64,000 nt of DNA from Polymyxa betae A26-41. Taxonomy: Eukaryota; Protista; Endomyxa: Phytomyxea. Below are positions 1 to 12,280 of this stretch, piece by piece (position 1 is the stretch's first letter; every line of letters starts with the position of its first letter). The translations under genes were made by a program, and so were the position numbers. The notes beneath the pieces are model-generated. The model worked only from the letters and a program-made list of their open reading frames with translations, searched no databases and was not told where the DNA came from. Location of the stretch: positions 1 to 64,000 of the forward strand of contig RBZT01000751.1 of the NCBI GenBank assembly GCA_003693705.1, read 5' to 3'.

Positions 1-129
1 ATTTCCAGGAAAAGACTCTTATTTTATTATATATAAACGGCCCTATAGTCAGGACGAACTCCGCCACGGACTCAAATGGACTCCGTGACGGAATAACCGG
101 TCTGGATCTGGGAGCTGGATACAGACTGA

Positions 130-1760
130 AGCTTGGCTCGATCATGAAGCTTGAATTCGTCGAACTGCTACAAAGACGTCTTATCTAGCACAAGATGACT
201 GTGATTACTACTGAAAAGAGTCTCCGAATCATTCTGGCGCAATGTCAGTCGAATATGACGAGGACGACTCCAGATATGAAGCGACGAACAAAGAAAACCT
301 GGAAGAAGACAATGGAAATGAAGAAGCCGGTGACGACAACGAAGAGCCCTCCGACTCGGCGATGGCGACAGCGAAGGAGATAGCCGATAGGCACTGGTAT
401 ATTCTCTAACGCTGATATTGTTCGGCAGCAGAGCAATCACCAAACAGAAGAAGTGGCTGACAGTAAAGGTCACAGCCATTGGGGGACGGGACAGCGCAAC
501 GCAGCCTCCGGCGGTCTCGCAGTCCTGGAGACCAATCGCGCTCTGGCCCTAAAAGTCCCTGACCTGAACCGTATCCTAAAATTCCGTAAAGACCGAGAAC
601 ATTACCTACGCGTTTTCCGAGAGGCCGAACTCCAGGGAGTAATCCCCCGTTCGCTGGTAGCTAGTATTGAACCATCAAACCTAACCAACCCTAACCCGAA
701 ATAGACAGAAAGCGAATAAGATCACAACCACAAACAGATGCCAACAGGATGGAAAGACCAGTGATGATCAGCAGCAAAGTCTAGGCAATGATAATTGCGG
801 CAAAGGCGCAGGCAATAACGGCAGGAAGGCTCTGCCAGACAGCTTTGAGGACGAGAATGATATGTCTTCTTTGAGACTCATCAGATTTATCCAGATGCGC
901 AGGGCAAGAGTTTGCGAAAGCAAAATAGGTCGTCATTGTGGTCTCGTTAACACACTTGAGACAATGGCGATACGCCCTCTTCCCAAGTACCAGCATCAAA
1001 ACTATAACACAGCAGTCGTTAAAGCTCGAGTCTAATCAGAGAAAACCATCGATCATAGAGGATCCCATGATTGTGCTGAAAAGTCAAAAGACTGTCAGCG
1101 AAAGCTCAGTTCCTTAACAAAGACAGATAACAACCAGAGAAGACGTGGATAATTTCCTCAACTGCCTAAAACAGGTAGAACCAAACTGCCCAGCAGAGAT
1201 CCGACTAAACAGACATCCAAGGATAGTATATACAAATCGCCAAAGTCGCTGAGGATCACCCAATCATCATTGTTCATCCTCAGTATAAAGAGAAAGACGA
1301 GACCGTACTGCTGTGGCTTTCGGGATTCCACCCAAAGTCGCGAATTCTACGCTGTTTGCAAATGCGTGTCGTGATCCAGAAATCCCGACAAAAATCATCA
1401 AACTTAGATCTGATTCCGATATCAAGCTTGCATATAATTCGAATGAAGAAGCAGACAGAGTCCTACAACCAGGTTTATTGGAGCTTACGGCCAAAATTTA
1501 AAGTTTCAAACCCCAAAAAAGTCAAGCATATGCAAAAGTTGCAAAACAATTGACTGATGAAAAAGAAAAGTGCGGTATACTGGTAAACAAGGATGCTGTG
1601 AAAAGTCTGCACCACAAACCCAGACGAAAATACCACATGCGTCACATGCCAAATGCCAGGCCAGGGTTTTTTTAAGTGTCTCGTTATCGTCTGTAAAAAA
1701 CATCTCAAATGTCAATCAAAGGAACACACTCTGCGCAGTCAAGGAGCAATGGTAGACGTT
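130..1760 (+). mobile_element. Degenerate retrotransposon gag-like relic
   Basis: Broken reading frames. Near 1570-1740 lie three eroded CX2CX4HX4C-like knuckles (RYTGKQGCCEK; CVTCQMPGQGFFKC; LKCQSKEHTLR). Many stops and frameshifts. Boundaries approximate. Confidence 0.5.
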
Positions 1761-2017
1761 CCAGCAATGCCGAATTTTAGGCTGTGATATCTTTCTTGGA
1801 GATTCCAGAGAACTTTTTAAATTAATATCCGGATCGGCGTCGAAATGCAATTTCGTCGTCGCTGGCCAGAAACTTTACGGTAGAGTTTGAATGGATTCGC
1901 ACTTCTTAAGTGCGCATCTCCGTGATGCACCCCAACAGTAGCAGGTTGCCAGGTTCGTAGAGAAAACTGCGTGAAGAAGTTCGACGATCAGACTCTCTTA
2001 ATCTCTTATGCCTGATA

Positions 2018-4090
2018 ATGTTTGGTCGAGCGATTCCCTTCTTGATACTGTGTCTATCTGTGTGCCTCGCTGCATTCAGTCTTGGACCTAGTAATGTTAC
2101 AGACTCATTGAAGGAGACTCCTGATAGAGTCTTTCCTTTCGATCTCAACGTGAGTGTCTATAATCTCGACCTCCATACTTTTAACCCTAAACCCTAACTG
2201 CTGTTTCAGGAAGAGGTCACATCTCATCTACCTGATCTTGGAACACTATCAACACCAATATCCCTATCACTCCATACAGATATTGTTCCGGTTTTACCTC
2301 CTATTCATGAATTTATCAATGTAATGTCTCTCCTTATCAAGTTTAAGTTGTTGATATTTTATCAATCAGAATGAAGAATCAGTTGAAACTATATCCGGGA
2401 AACGTTCTCGTATTGACGAGACATCATCGCTAACCGACCTTCCATGTTCCTTCAATCATGATGTGATTGATATCAATGATTATAACAGTCTCTGCAAGTT
2501 TTTGGTGAAGTTTGAGGAGCCTTATGTCTCTCTGAAAATTGACTATATATTAGAGCAAAGAGCCGAATGATGAAGAACTTCAATCTCTGTCTCCAAAGTC
2601 CGATTGTGATGCAGTTCAAACATCCAAGATCGACTTTCATTTAGTTATCAATGTGTTAGGACATGACATTGATGTGAGCGAAACCAGACGAATCCGTTTT
2701 GCTCAGAACACATTACAAAAGCTGATTCTGATTGCGAATCTGTATCGGAAATTGATCTGGGCCTCCTGGAACTATGAATGGAGTTGGTTGAAGGTTGATG
2801 GGAGAATACATTATTGGATGTATCGAGTGTGTCGTCCTGTGCTCCGATGTCTCATGGAATGCTGTCAGAAAGATCTCCGGAGATTTCAAACAGTTTGGGG
2901 GAATCTCTTCTATCATCGGAAACTCCATCACGAATGTTCCGGAAATGATTGCCGATCTAAATTGTCAGCTGTTGATCAGTCTATGAATCTGGTCCGAGAT
3001 AGTTCTTTCATCTCTATCGACCTTTCTGATCTTCAAAGTGACCAAAATCCGTGCTTAAAACGGATGAAATTTTGCGCACCACCAAAGAAACGCATTCTGA
3101 CTCTTTTTACCGTTGTGCCTGAATTTCTGAAATCTTTTGATTTTGGGGTGGAGGAGATCACAGACTATATTACTCTGTGTGCTTTTCTGGTGAGATTTAT
3201 TCATTTTGAACGGAGAATATCACACTGAAACTGTCATTCAGCAAAAGCAGCCTGATGATGACGAGTACGCGTTTCTTACTGATACGAACAAATTAATCAA
3301 ACCAAAAGGGAAAAAAAAGTCGTAAAAGACCCCCATATTATCAAAATTCTCGATAATCAGCTCATATTGACCGAAACCTCGGAAATCTCATCTTCGAAGA
3401 CCACGTTACAGAAGTTGATATTGGTGGCCAGTTTATGTCTAAAGTTAGTTCGGGCCAAGATTACCGACCCGAAATTGAGCATGAGACGTGATAGATGTGA
3501 GAACTGGCTACAGAAAACATGTTACTCAGTACTTTCATGTGTTACAATATGCTGTCAGAATGATCTTCGGACTTTTCAATCTCGTTGGGGAAATCCGTTT
3601 TTGCACTCTGAGTTTCGCACGCTTTGCCTAAGGCACAATGGCAAGAGTAAACAGTGCGGACTTGAAACTCTCATTGCCCGTGACAATATGAAATACTCCA
3701 TCAAATCACAACTAGTTGGTGATAGAGAAGGACTTGATCATTGTCTATTGAGATATTCTATGAAAGGATTTGAGACGGTATTACTGTGTTCAGGTTTTAT
3801 TTGTAATTTGTGAATTTGTCACAGAACCTCATGTTGGAGTGTATTCAGCGAATGAATGATGAACTGAATGATCAGAATTTGAATCCATCATCTGATCTGA
3901 GTGAGTATATCGGACATTCACTAAATCCAATATGTACTGTCTTGAACATCATTGTAATAATGATGTCAATTATTTCTCTCATATATTTGGACATTATATA
4001 GATCATTATCAATTTCAACACAATTACTGTCCTGGACCTACTGAACAATGTCCTGCTCTATCTGCAGTAAATGCTAACAAGAATATTTAA
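2018..4090 (+). pseudogene. Paralog 1 of the secreted triple-repeat family (signal peptide, FDLN, three YR-C-terminal-like domains); two 1-nt frameshifts
   Basis: ATG 2018 gives MFGRAIPFLILCLSVCLAAFSLG. Five GT-AG introns sit at the same positions as in 8627-10702 (e.g. 2150-2209, 3778-3824). Collinear with that copy. Frame breaks at the A8 run 3311-3318 and at ~3932. Stop TAA 4088-4090. Confidence 0.75.
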
Positions 4091-4169
4091 ACATAAAAAC
4101 ATGGTTCAATTTGACTCCGCTCTACAAGTTCCTAAACTCCATATTTACTGACTATCTTTCCTGCCTACA

Positions 4170-4760
4170 ACAGCTGGCCACATTGCCTTACAAACATAAA
4201 AAGTAGTTAGCACCATAGTAATAGATGAGGCTGAAAAGTTAGCAAAACTTGCAAAAGAAAATAGATCTTCATTTTATACCCTGTCTCACGGATAAAATCC
4301 CTGAAAAATGTTTTTGTAAGAAAGTAGGAAAGATAATGTCAAACGAAGTCATTTTACAAACTATCCAGAGAGAATTTCTTTAAGTGATGGATATCTGAGA
4401 GTCCGACAAAGGAGATACATATTCCTCTTGAAAAGAAAATGCGCTTTAAACACGAACAGGCTATACTTGATGTAGAGTACATCTTAAAAGGTAATATTGG
4501 CATTGAAGAAGATAATACTTGTAGACATTGCGACAAACATCCTGACACAATCGAACGTAAATCAGTGCTAAAACCTCAACTCGCAATTACAGAGATATCG
4601 ACGCAAAATACAAAAGACGAAAACTCGCAGATTTCAATAATGCACTCCACCTAGAAGAAGAATTCATGAGAAGATTTCCTGCAAGCAGCTCATATGCACG
4701 GATGCTTCGTATAGCGAGGTACTGATGGATAGCTGGATGCCTTTTACTTGTGCTATCGCA
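4170..4760 (+). mobile_element. Possible retroelement relic (RNase H-like TDAS motif, CxxC)
   Basis: LICTDASY at ~4689-4712 and CRHC in ORF 4439-4654. Frames are broken; weak evidence. Confidence 0.2.
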
Positions 4761-5032
4761 TGTTCTTCATCATAGTGACATCGTCCTCACAATTGACTCC
4801 ATGAACTAACCTTGATGCCGTTTCCTGATCCCCAGGTCGACAGGCGACTCTTATGAACGGCCCGGGTCGGCCCAGAGCCATCAAGGATCCGTATCGATCG
4901 GCATTCAATCAAAGTCTCTGGATAGTTTCTATGTCGTGCCAACCATGTTGAATCCGTTCCTCCCAAGATTACTAAATGCTCGTCCCGCTAAGTCCGAACC
5001 GAAGAATGCCTCTGTAAAGTAGGATAGAAAAC

Positions 5033-5058
5033 CGCCCAATCGAACAGGGACTCGAACC
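5033..5058 (-). other. tRNA-Lys(UUU) 3'-half-like fragment (B-box or PBS-like)
   Basis: Minus strand reads GGTTCGAGTCCCTGTTCG-attg-GGCG, resembling the T-arm and acceptor of tRNA-Lys. No 5' half is present. Confidence 0.35.
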
Positions 5059-5755
5059 TTTGTACCAAACTTCACCTAATACGTCCCTACTCAATGTCCT
5101 GCTCTCAGTCATTACCTGGTTATATGAAGCATCCGTGCTTATAAGCTGCTTGCTGGAATATTCTCTTGAATGTCTGGAATGTTACGTGATGCGAATATCG
5201 CTGCGGATCTGGATAGAAATGGTGATATTTTGTGGAATCTCTGCCTTCCGTTCTTAAAGTCATGGTTCAGTGATCCAGCCGCTGACGATCTCGTGTTGAT
5301 TCTTAACAAGTTCCCGAAGTACAATCTCGGTAATTGTGACAGCTAGGATATGATAACATTATTAATGATGGGATTTAGCTCTAGACCCGATATAGGTATT
5401 TCACCAGCCTGAATATGATTCATTCATTGAACAACACATTCAATATTCCTGCTTTTTCGACTTCTTAGTATCAGTGCTGCCTTATCTTAGCCCCGACCAG
5501 CTCCTTCCAACCGATCGCATCCAAGTACAATGTATAGAAATCGAAAACGATATCTCGTTAGTCCATCCTTTTGGAGCAATTAAACTTTCGCAAATCAAAC
5601 GTAATAAATATGGTAAGCTATATGAATAGATCTGTATTAATAAGTCCGATGGTATCTTCTTGTACAGTATATGACAAGACGATTATGAAGGCGATATCAC
5701 TACGATGGGAAATCACAAGTAGAAGGCATCGTGATCGGGTCATAAAAAAAATGAA

Positions 5756-5837
5756 AGCCGTTGACGAGACTTGAACTCGCGCGGGCAGAGCCCAAATGAT
5801 TTCTAATCATTCTCCTTAACCACTCGGACACAACGGC
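5756..5837 (-). tRNA. tRNA-Ser(AGA)
   Basis: Acceptor GCCGTTG/CAACGGC; D-arm TCCGAGTGGTTAAGGA; anticodon arm AATGA-TTAGAAA-TCATT; long variable arm GGGC-TCT-GCCC; T-arm GCGAG-TTCAAGT-CTCGT; T-run terminator downstream. Confidence 0.93.
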
Positions 5838-6368
5838 GACTTATATACGGATCCATCAAAGCGCTATCTCCACTACTTTATCATTGGAGCTCCGAACTTC
5901 CAACGGAAGCACTCCTGCTACTGCACGTCCGTCATCCAATCATCTACTTTGAATACAACTCACTCTTTCTTCTAACCCTATTGTCAACTGCTATTTTAAC
6001 CAGATTTTACTTTCTACTTCGGTCTCCGCCCAAACAAACAATATTCATGGCCGACTTCCTGACTCACTCTTACTAGAAAGGCTGCTACATAGAACGCTTA
6101 AGATTGGAATCTGGGAAACCAAGGCTCGAGTCACTTTAGGGTTGGGCGGGTGCCCACCCTACCTCATCAATGGTTCAATATAGATACTACTAACATTGCC
6201 GATCGAGATAGAATCAAACAGATTCGGGTGAATTGAATAACAAATTCGAAATTGGAACTAGAAGCACAGCTAGATATTACGGTCAGACGCCTTTTAAAGA
6301 TCCAATCCAATCCTTGCAGAAGATCTCGGATTTTGAGCTCTATATAGATATAGTCGGTAGTAAAGTTT

Positions 6369-6940
6369 TCAGATCGTTGAAAGTATAGTGAAAAACTGAC
6401 CCGCTTGTAGAGTTCCTTCAAGTGAAAAACCCGACAAGGACATCCGGAGTGGAATTTTCTCATGTTTGATGGTCGGAAAATCGGCTTTCACTCCAGCAGT
6501 GTTACGAAATACTGTAGCGATGCCTCCACAGAACATTTGTAGGGTTTAACTCGCCCATTGAACATCTTTCAGCGAAGCAAGCGTCTACAGCAGCTTTAGT
6601 ATGTCGCTCGTCTTGGTATCCAGCACGTAATGTACAGGAACCGTCCTCAATCCATTGGATATCAGCATCAGAAATCCCGTTACGATGCAGGCGCGCTTTC
6701 ATTCGAAGAATGATCGAACCGAATTCAGATCCCCTTAACTTGACAAGCTCTTATGGCATGACAGGAGGGGTCTTGTTCTGCGATGCTTCATTCATGGCAT
6801 CCCATTCTGCAACCACATTCGGAATACCATCCACCAATTAAACAAAAAGCTGGGAGGCTAACTTAGCAATGTTGTCTTGTTCTGAAAGTGGAATCTGACG
6901 CATAGCTTTCATCACGTGCGAGCTTAGATCATCGATAAAG
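6369..6940 (-). mobile_element. Degenerate hAT-like transposase, C-terminal part
   Basis: Minus frames give ...PPVMP*ELVKLRGSEF... and FCGGIATVFRNTAGVKADFPTIKHEK...SLSGFSLEGTLQAGQF. This resembles the FCGGLATVFPNTATVESDFS...SLEGILH dimerisation-like region recalled from oomycete hAT-like transposases. Stops and a frameshift are present. Confidence 0.65.
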
Positions 6941-8626
6941 TCACTGAAAATAAAAACCTTTTTCTCCAAAAATGGAAATTTATTTAAAAACAAGAACTTT
7001 TTTATAAGAAATCGCATTTTGAGCACCCTTATTTAGGGCTCGCTGCGAGATCTATTTAGTGATATTTAAGTACCATCCCCATACAAGGGCCCTATTTAAA
7101 GAGGGCCGGCTATAACCGCCAAACGCGATCTGATCCCGATCTTCGCATCTGGAAACTCCTCGACCTACTTGGGCCAGTACGATCCGCAGCGGTTCACATG
7201 GCAGGCGACGCTGGGCGCCGGACGACCCGCTGCTGGGCGCGTTCGTGTACGTCTTTCTTTCGGACAAAATTCGGACTTGCTTCTTCAATACGGCTCGTAA
7301 ATCCGCAAACCGAACCCATCGTCGTGCTGGCCCCGGACTATTGATCTTCAGTTACGAAAGTCGACGATCGGCTCCAGCTAATTGCTGAGGACTCCGTGAC
7401 GCACCCCGAACGCTTGGAATTCAGTGGGTGTTCGGCCCGGCAGCGGTCCGTGTCCGAAAGCGGACTGATTGACGTGATCACGGAGTTTGAGCGGGATCCG
7501 GACGAAATCAAACGGACTGATTCGGTCGATTTTCAGATCGTCGTTGTCCCGAGTTGATCTGATAAATGATACGGATATGATCTCTTGTACTTAAAACGGG
7601 TCTTTAATCAACATATGAGGCATAGAACGCAATTGTTTCAAACTATTTAATGTAACAATCGCTATTGCATTTACAGGAAAACGAGATCATGATCGAGGCG
7701 AGAGATCAGTGGCCATGATCGTTGTTAACTCTGTCAAAAACAAGCACGATCTGCTGTTTCTGCATCTTGATTAGATCGTTAAGTCGCTCAGATTCTGGTT
7801 CTTGTCGTTACTTTTACAATGAGGCACTTGAAAATGGCGGCTGAGTGATCTGAACACCATCATATGGTCGGCGTTGCCACATGCTTCGACAATGATGACG
7901 CAAATATCACAGGCTTGATCTTCTCTGTACCATGCAGCTGATTGATTTCTGTGTTATTAACAGGGACCGACATTGGCACCAAACATGGCGCACAACCACT
8001 AAAATCTGAGTAGGAAAAATTCCTTAAAATAAAGCTTTCTTTATCAAACTAAACATCAGCAGCGGTCTGACAGTTTCAAACGGTTACTAAAAACACGACT
8101 AGATAATATCGAGTTACTTTTCGCTGTCTGGTTTTAGAGAAGGGTTGGAAGCAGATGGTACAAGCAGCCATAGTTATACGAAGAGTTCCTTTTTCAAAGA
8201 TCAGGGTGATACTATCGACCGAATATTTTCGATAAACGAAGCTAATAGGAGCACGACCGGGTTTCATAGATGCATTTGCATGGTGTCATGGAGACATCGT
8301 AGGTCGCTGCTGTTCAGCCCGCAGCTTCTGCAGAGAACGAAGAGAGGCCCGGATTGAGGGTCTCAAACAATCCGACCTTCGTTCATACTTCAAATAAACT
8401 TCGAAAATTATGCTTGCTTGGGGGCTTTACTTGGTATTATCATAGAGCTGATTTTAAAAAGTTTTATCAGTAATTAAGAATAGGAGAATAGTAGTTATTG
8501 TTAATAGAACGGATGTCGGTGGAATACAGGTTTGTCAGGTCTCAAAGAAAGTAGTTTGAAAATTTTCTGTAATAAGAGAGTCTACGGTTTTATAGACCGA
8601 GGTTCACACTCCATTTGTTTTTGATA

Positions 8627-10702
8627 ATGGTTGGCCCAACGATTCCCCTCCTGATACTAAGCCTATCTGGGATCTTCGCTTCATTCAGTCCTGGGCTTGT
8701 TACAGACTCATTAGAAGAGACTCCTGATAGAGTTTATCCTTTCGATCTCAATATCAGTGTCTATCCTCCCGATATCAATGTCAGTCTCTATAATCCCGAT
8801 CTCACAGACACAGGAGTCACATTGCTGTATCAGGAAGAGGTCGCATCTCTTCTACCTGATATTGGAACACTATCAACATCAACATCTTTATTACTCCATA
8901 CAGATCTTATTCCAGATTTACCTCCTATTCAGGAATCTATCAATGTAATGCTTCCGTATCGTGCCCCATGTCTTAGAAATCTCTGAGATTTTCTTAATCA
9001 GAATACAGAACCTGATGAAACTCTCTCCCGGAAACGTCCTCGTATTGACGAGACATCATCGTCAACCGAATTTATGTATTCCTTCAATCATGATGTGACT
9101 GATATCAATGACTATAAAAGTCTCTGCAGTTTTCTGGTGACTTCTAGTGAGCCCTTTTGTCCCTCTGTATATTGACTATATATTAGATCAAAGAGCCGAA
9201 TGATGAAGAACTTCATTCCCTCTCTTCAGATGATGCAGGTCAATGCTCCAAGGTCAACTGTCAATATGTTATCAAAGTAAAAGGACATGATCTGGATCTG
9301 AGCGAAATCAAACAACTGCGTTCTGCTCAGAGCACATTACAGAAGCTGATTCTGATTGCGAATTTGTATCGGAAATTGATCTGGGCCTCCCGGAAATATG
9401 AATGGAGTTGGAAAGCGATTGATAGGAAAATCCGGTATCTCCTGTATGAGGTGTGTCGTCCTGTACTACGATGTGTCATGCGATGCTGTCAGAAAGACCT
9501 CCGAACGTTTCAAACTCTCTGGGGGAATCCCTTCAATCATTGGAGTCTCTATAAGAAATGTTCCGGAAATGAATGCCGATCTAAACTGTCTGATCTGTCT
9601 ATGAATCAGGTCCGAGATAGCTCTCTCATCTTTATTGACCCTCCTGCTCTACAGAATGACGAGAATGCCTCCCTAAAACGATTGAGATTTAGTTCACCAC
9701 CGACGGATTTCGTTTTGCCAATGTTTACCGTGATGTCTGATTCTTTTGCATGGTTTGATTTTGGTGTGGAGAAGATCACAAACTACACTACTCTGTGTGC
9801 TTTTCTGGTGAGATTTATTCATATTAAATGGGGAATCTCACACTGATTTTTCAATTCAGAGAAAGCAGCCTGATGATGACGAGAACGCGTTTCTTACTGA
9901 TACGAACATATTATTTTCATCAAATGGCAACAAACACGCTGCCAAAGCTCCCATTTCTATCAAAGTTCTCGATGATCAGCTCATATTGACCGAAACCTCG
10001 AAAATCTCAACTTCCGAGAGCACGTTACAGAAGTTGATATTGGTGGCCAGTTTATGTCTAAAAATAGGTCGGGCTAAGATTACTGACCCGAAATTGAACA
10101 TGAAACGTGAAGGATGTGGAGTTTGGCTGCGGCGAACATGTTACTCAGTACTTGCATGTGTTCGAATATGCTGTCAGAATGATCTTCGGACTTTTCTATG
10201 TCGATGGGGAAATCCGTTTATGCATTCTGATTTTCGGACGCTTTGTTCAAGGCACAATGGCAAAAGTAAACAGTGCGGATTTGAGGCTCTCATTGTCAGT
10301 GACAATATGAAATACTCCATCATATCACAACTAGTTTGTGATAGAGACGGACTTTCTCATTGTCTATTGAGATATTCTATGAAAGGATTTCAGACGGTAT
10401 TACTGTGTTCAGTTTATTTGGATTTTCTGATTATACCACAGAAGCTCATGTTGGAATGTATTCAGCGAATGAATATTTACCTGAAGAAGCGGCAGAATCT
10501 GATACATCCACCTGATCTGAGAGAATACCGCCGAGATTCTCTTCATCCAATATTATACTGTCTTGAACATCATTGTAATAATGATGTCAATTATTTCTCT
10601 CATATATTTGGACCGTATATAGATCATTATCAATTTCAACACAATTACTGTCCTGGACCTACTGGTCAATGTCCTGCTCTATCTGCAATGAATGCTCTCT
10701 AG
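8627..10702 (+). CDS. Paralog 2, intact ~605-aa predicted secreted protein: signal peptide, FDLN motif, RKRPR NLS-like motif, three tandem YR-C-terminal-like domains (candidate effector)
   Basis: Exons 8627-8779, 8834-8944, 9002-9136, 9187-9807, 9860-10396, 10442-10702 total 1818 nt and stay open throughout. All introns are GT-AG, 45-57 nt, phase 0. N-terminus MVGPTIPLLILSLSGIFASFSPG. Confidence 0.8.
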
Positions 10703-11145
10703 AGGACTTCAATCAGTAAAGAATTGTTGACTTTGACTCCGTTCTACTCCATATTTTTCAATCATAAAACGAATCACCCAACAAAACAAAGATTCCAATT
10801 TGTCCTATTTCTGCAATGGCGAATTCTTTATAGATGCAAAAGCGGATTCGCTTGCGGTCCTCCGAATCTTTTCAACCACTTCAGAATAGCCTTGAAAAAT
10901 TCTATCAATATTCAATATAGCATATCGGTGTCCAAACATTACAGCAGATTTCTGACGGCCAGAAGGCTGCCACTTCATCCTCGGGAATCTCAAAACCTCG
11001 TCCTGAAATGATCTCGAATTCTGGGCTCTAACTAGATCTTGTCTGCTGATTCTGATCATGACTGCAAACAGGCATGTCCTGTATATAATGTATGGAAGCA
11101 GACTTAGTATGTTTGAGGGGGATTTTCGTGTAGACGGATGATGGA

Positions 11146-11210
11146 GGACAATGTCCTGCTCTATCTGCGGTTAATGCTGATTTGAGTATCTGCTCAGTAA
11201 AAGAATGGTA
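11146..11210 (+). repeat. Third copy of the 3' end of the triple-repeat genes
   Basis: caatgtcctgctctatctgc (GQCPALSAVNA) matches ~4046-4066 and ~10668-10688. Confidence 0.7.
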
Positions 11211-11689
11211 TTCTATCTGTAGCGTGTTTCAGCCAGGGTTTATGTAGATAGAATTCCTTAAGACGCGGGGTGTGAGGGTGCACAAAGGACCAGAAAGGAG
11301 CCCGAATCGATCCGTGAACATTATGATATCGTGAGATCTTACAAGGTCAAGGATGGCGTCCGATCAAAATGAGATAGACGACCTCGGAATGTTTGGATTG
11401 AATTGGATTGGATTCGACGAGTTTAGATGATTATACACGAGGGCGGCGATCTTTCCCATCACACAGGGCTCGGAGATCGAAGTCGTAACGTAACAACTTC
11501 GGCGGATACTCCGAGTTCTCTGGGATTCAGAGATACCGGAATTTCGCCCTTCCACGGCAACTTTTATGAAGGCGTTGCCTGATCCAACGGCCTCTGAGAG
11601 CAGTTAACTGTTGACAAATTATCTGAGCATAGACCAACGAGCTATTCAGTATCAGGGTAGTCACTGGACCAAATCCGTACGCATTCGAG

Positions 11690-12200
11690 TCAGCGGCAGG
11701 CGAAATTCGTCGCGCTGGCCCGCGACTTGTGCGAACAGCAACTGCGTAATTTCATTTGACCGGACACCTTGTCGGATGTGATGCCGAACGCGGAACAGCT
11801 CAAGAAATCTCGGCCGGCTGTGTTCGATTTGTTGTTCGGGTAGGGTTTAGGGTTTACGAATTGAAGTGTGCAGTTAATGTTGCGTTTGGTAGTTTGATGC
11901 CGGAGGCGTTCCGCCTCTTGAACTCCGAACAGCAAGTCACGGAGATGACGTCGATGAGGTCTTTGAGCTCACTAAACTTGCTGGCGATGATCCTCTTGTC
12001 TGGTGGAAGACAAATAAGTAAGAATCGCTTACTTTATATTCAATTGCTGGCAACAGATTCATTTATGGCAGTGGCTTCTTCGGGGGCGTCCGAATCGCTT
12101 TTCTCGGACTGTGGTCATTTTGTGACTGGAGAGCGCTCCAGGCTTTCAGATACTCCAAGAAAACTGAAACTTCGGGCTTGGAATCGTCCCGAAATATCGA
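11690..12200 (-). mobile_element. Possible gag-like relic
   Basis: Broken frames with an eroded knuckle-like LSCSAFGITSDK. Interrupted by a telomere-like motif at 11838-11856. Confidence 0.25.
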
Positions 12201-12280
12201 AAGAAATGTAAAAACATTTCATCAAAATTACAGAACGTTTTGTAAAATCGTGGTAGATGCCTTTAAAGCCTCATATTAGG

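Noticed and set aside
2183-2198. Telomeric tract creating a premature stop in paralog 1
   Set aside because: It lies inside the GTGAGT...TTTCAG intron 2150-2209, so the spliced frame is unaffected.
5880-6130. LINE C-terminal CCHC-like remnant just upstream of the tRNA
   Set aside because: The motif is too eroded to call without a search.
6136-7031. Possible hAT terminal inverted repeats (gggtgccc / gagcaccc)
   Set aside because: Only 7/8 match and no target-site duplication is visible.
7050-7600. LTR-like GC-rich segment sharing ggactccgtgacg with position ~78
   Set aside because: A 13-bp match alone is insufficient; no paired LTR, PBS or PPT was found.
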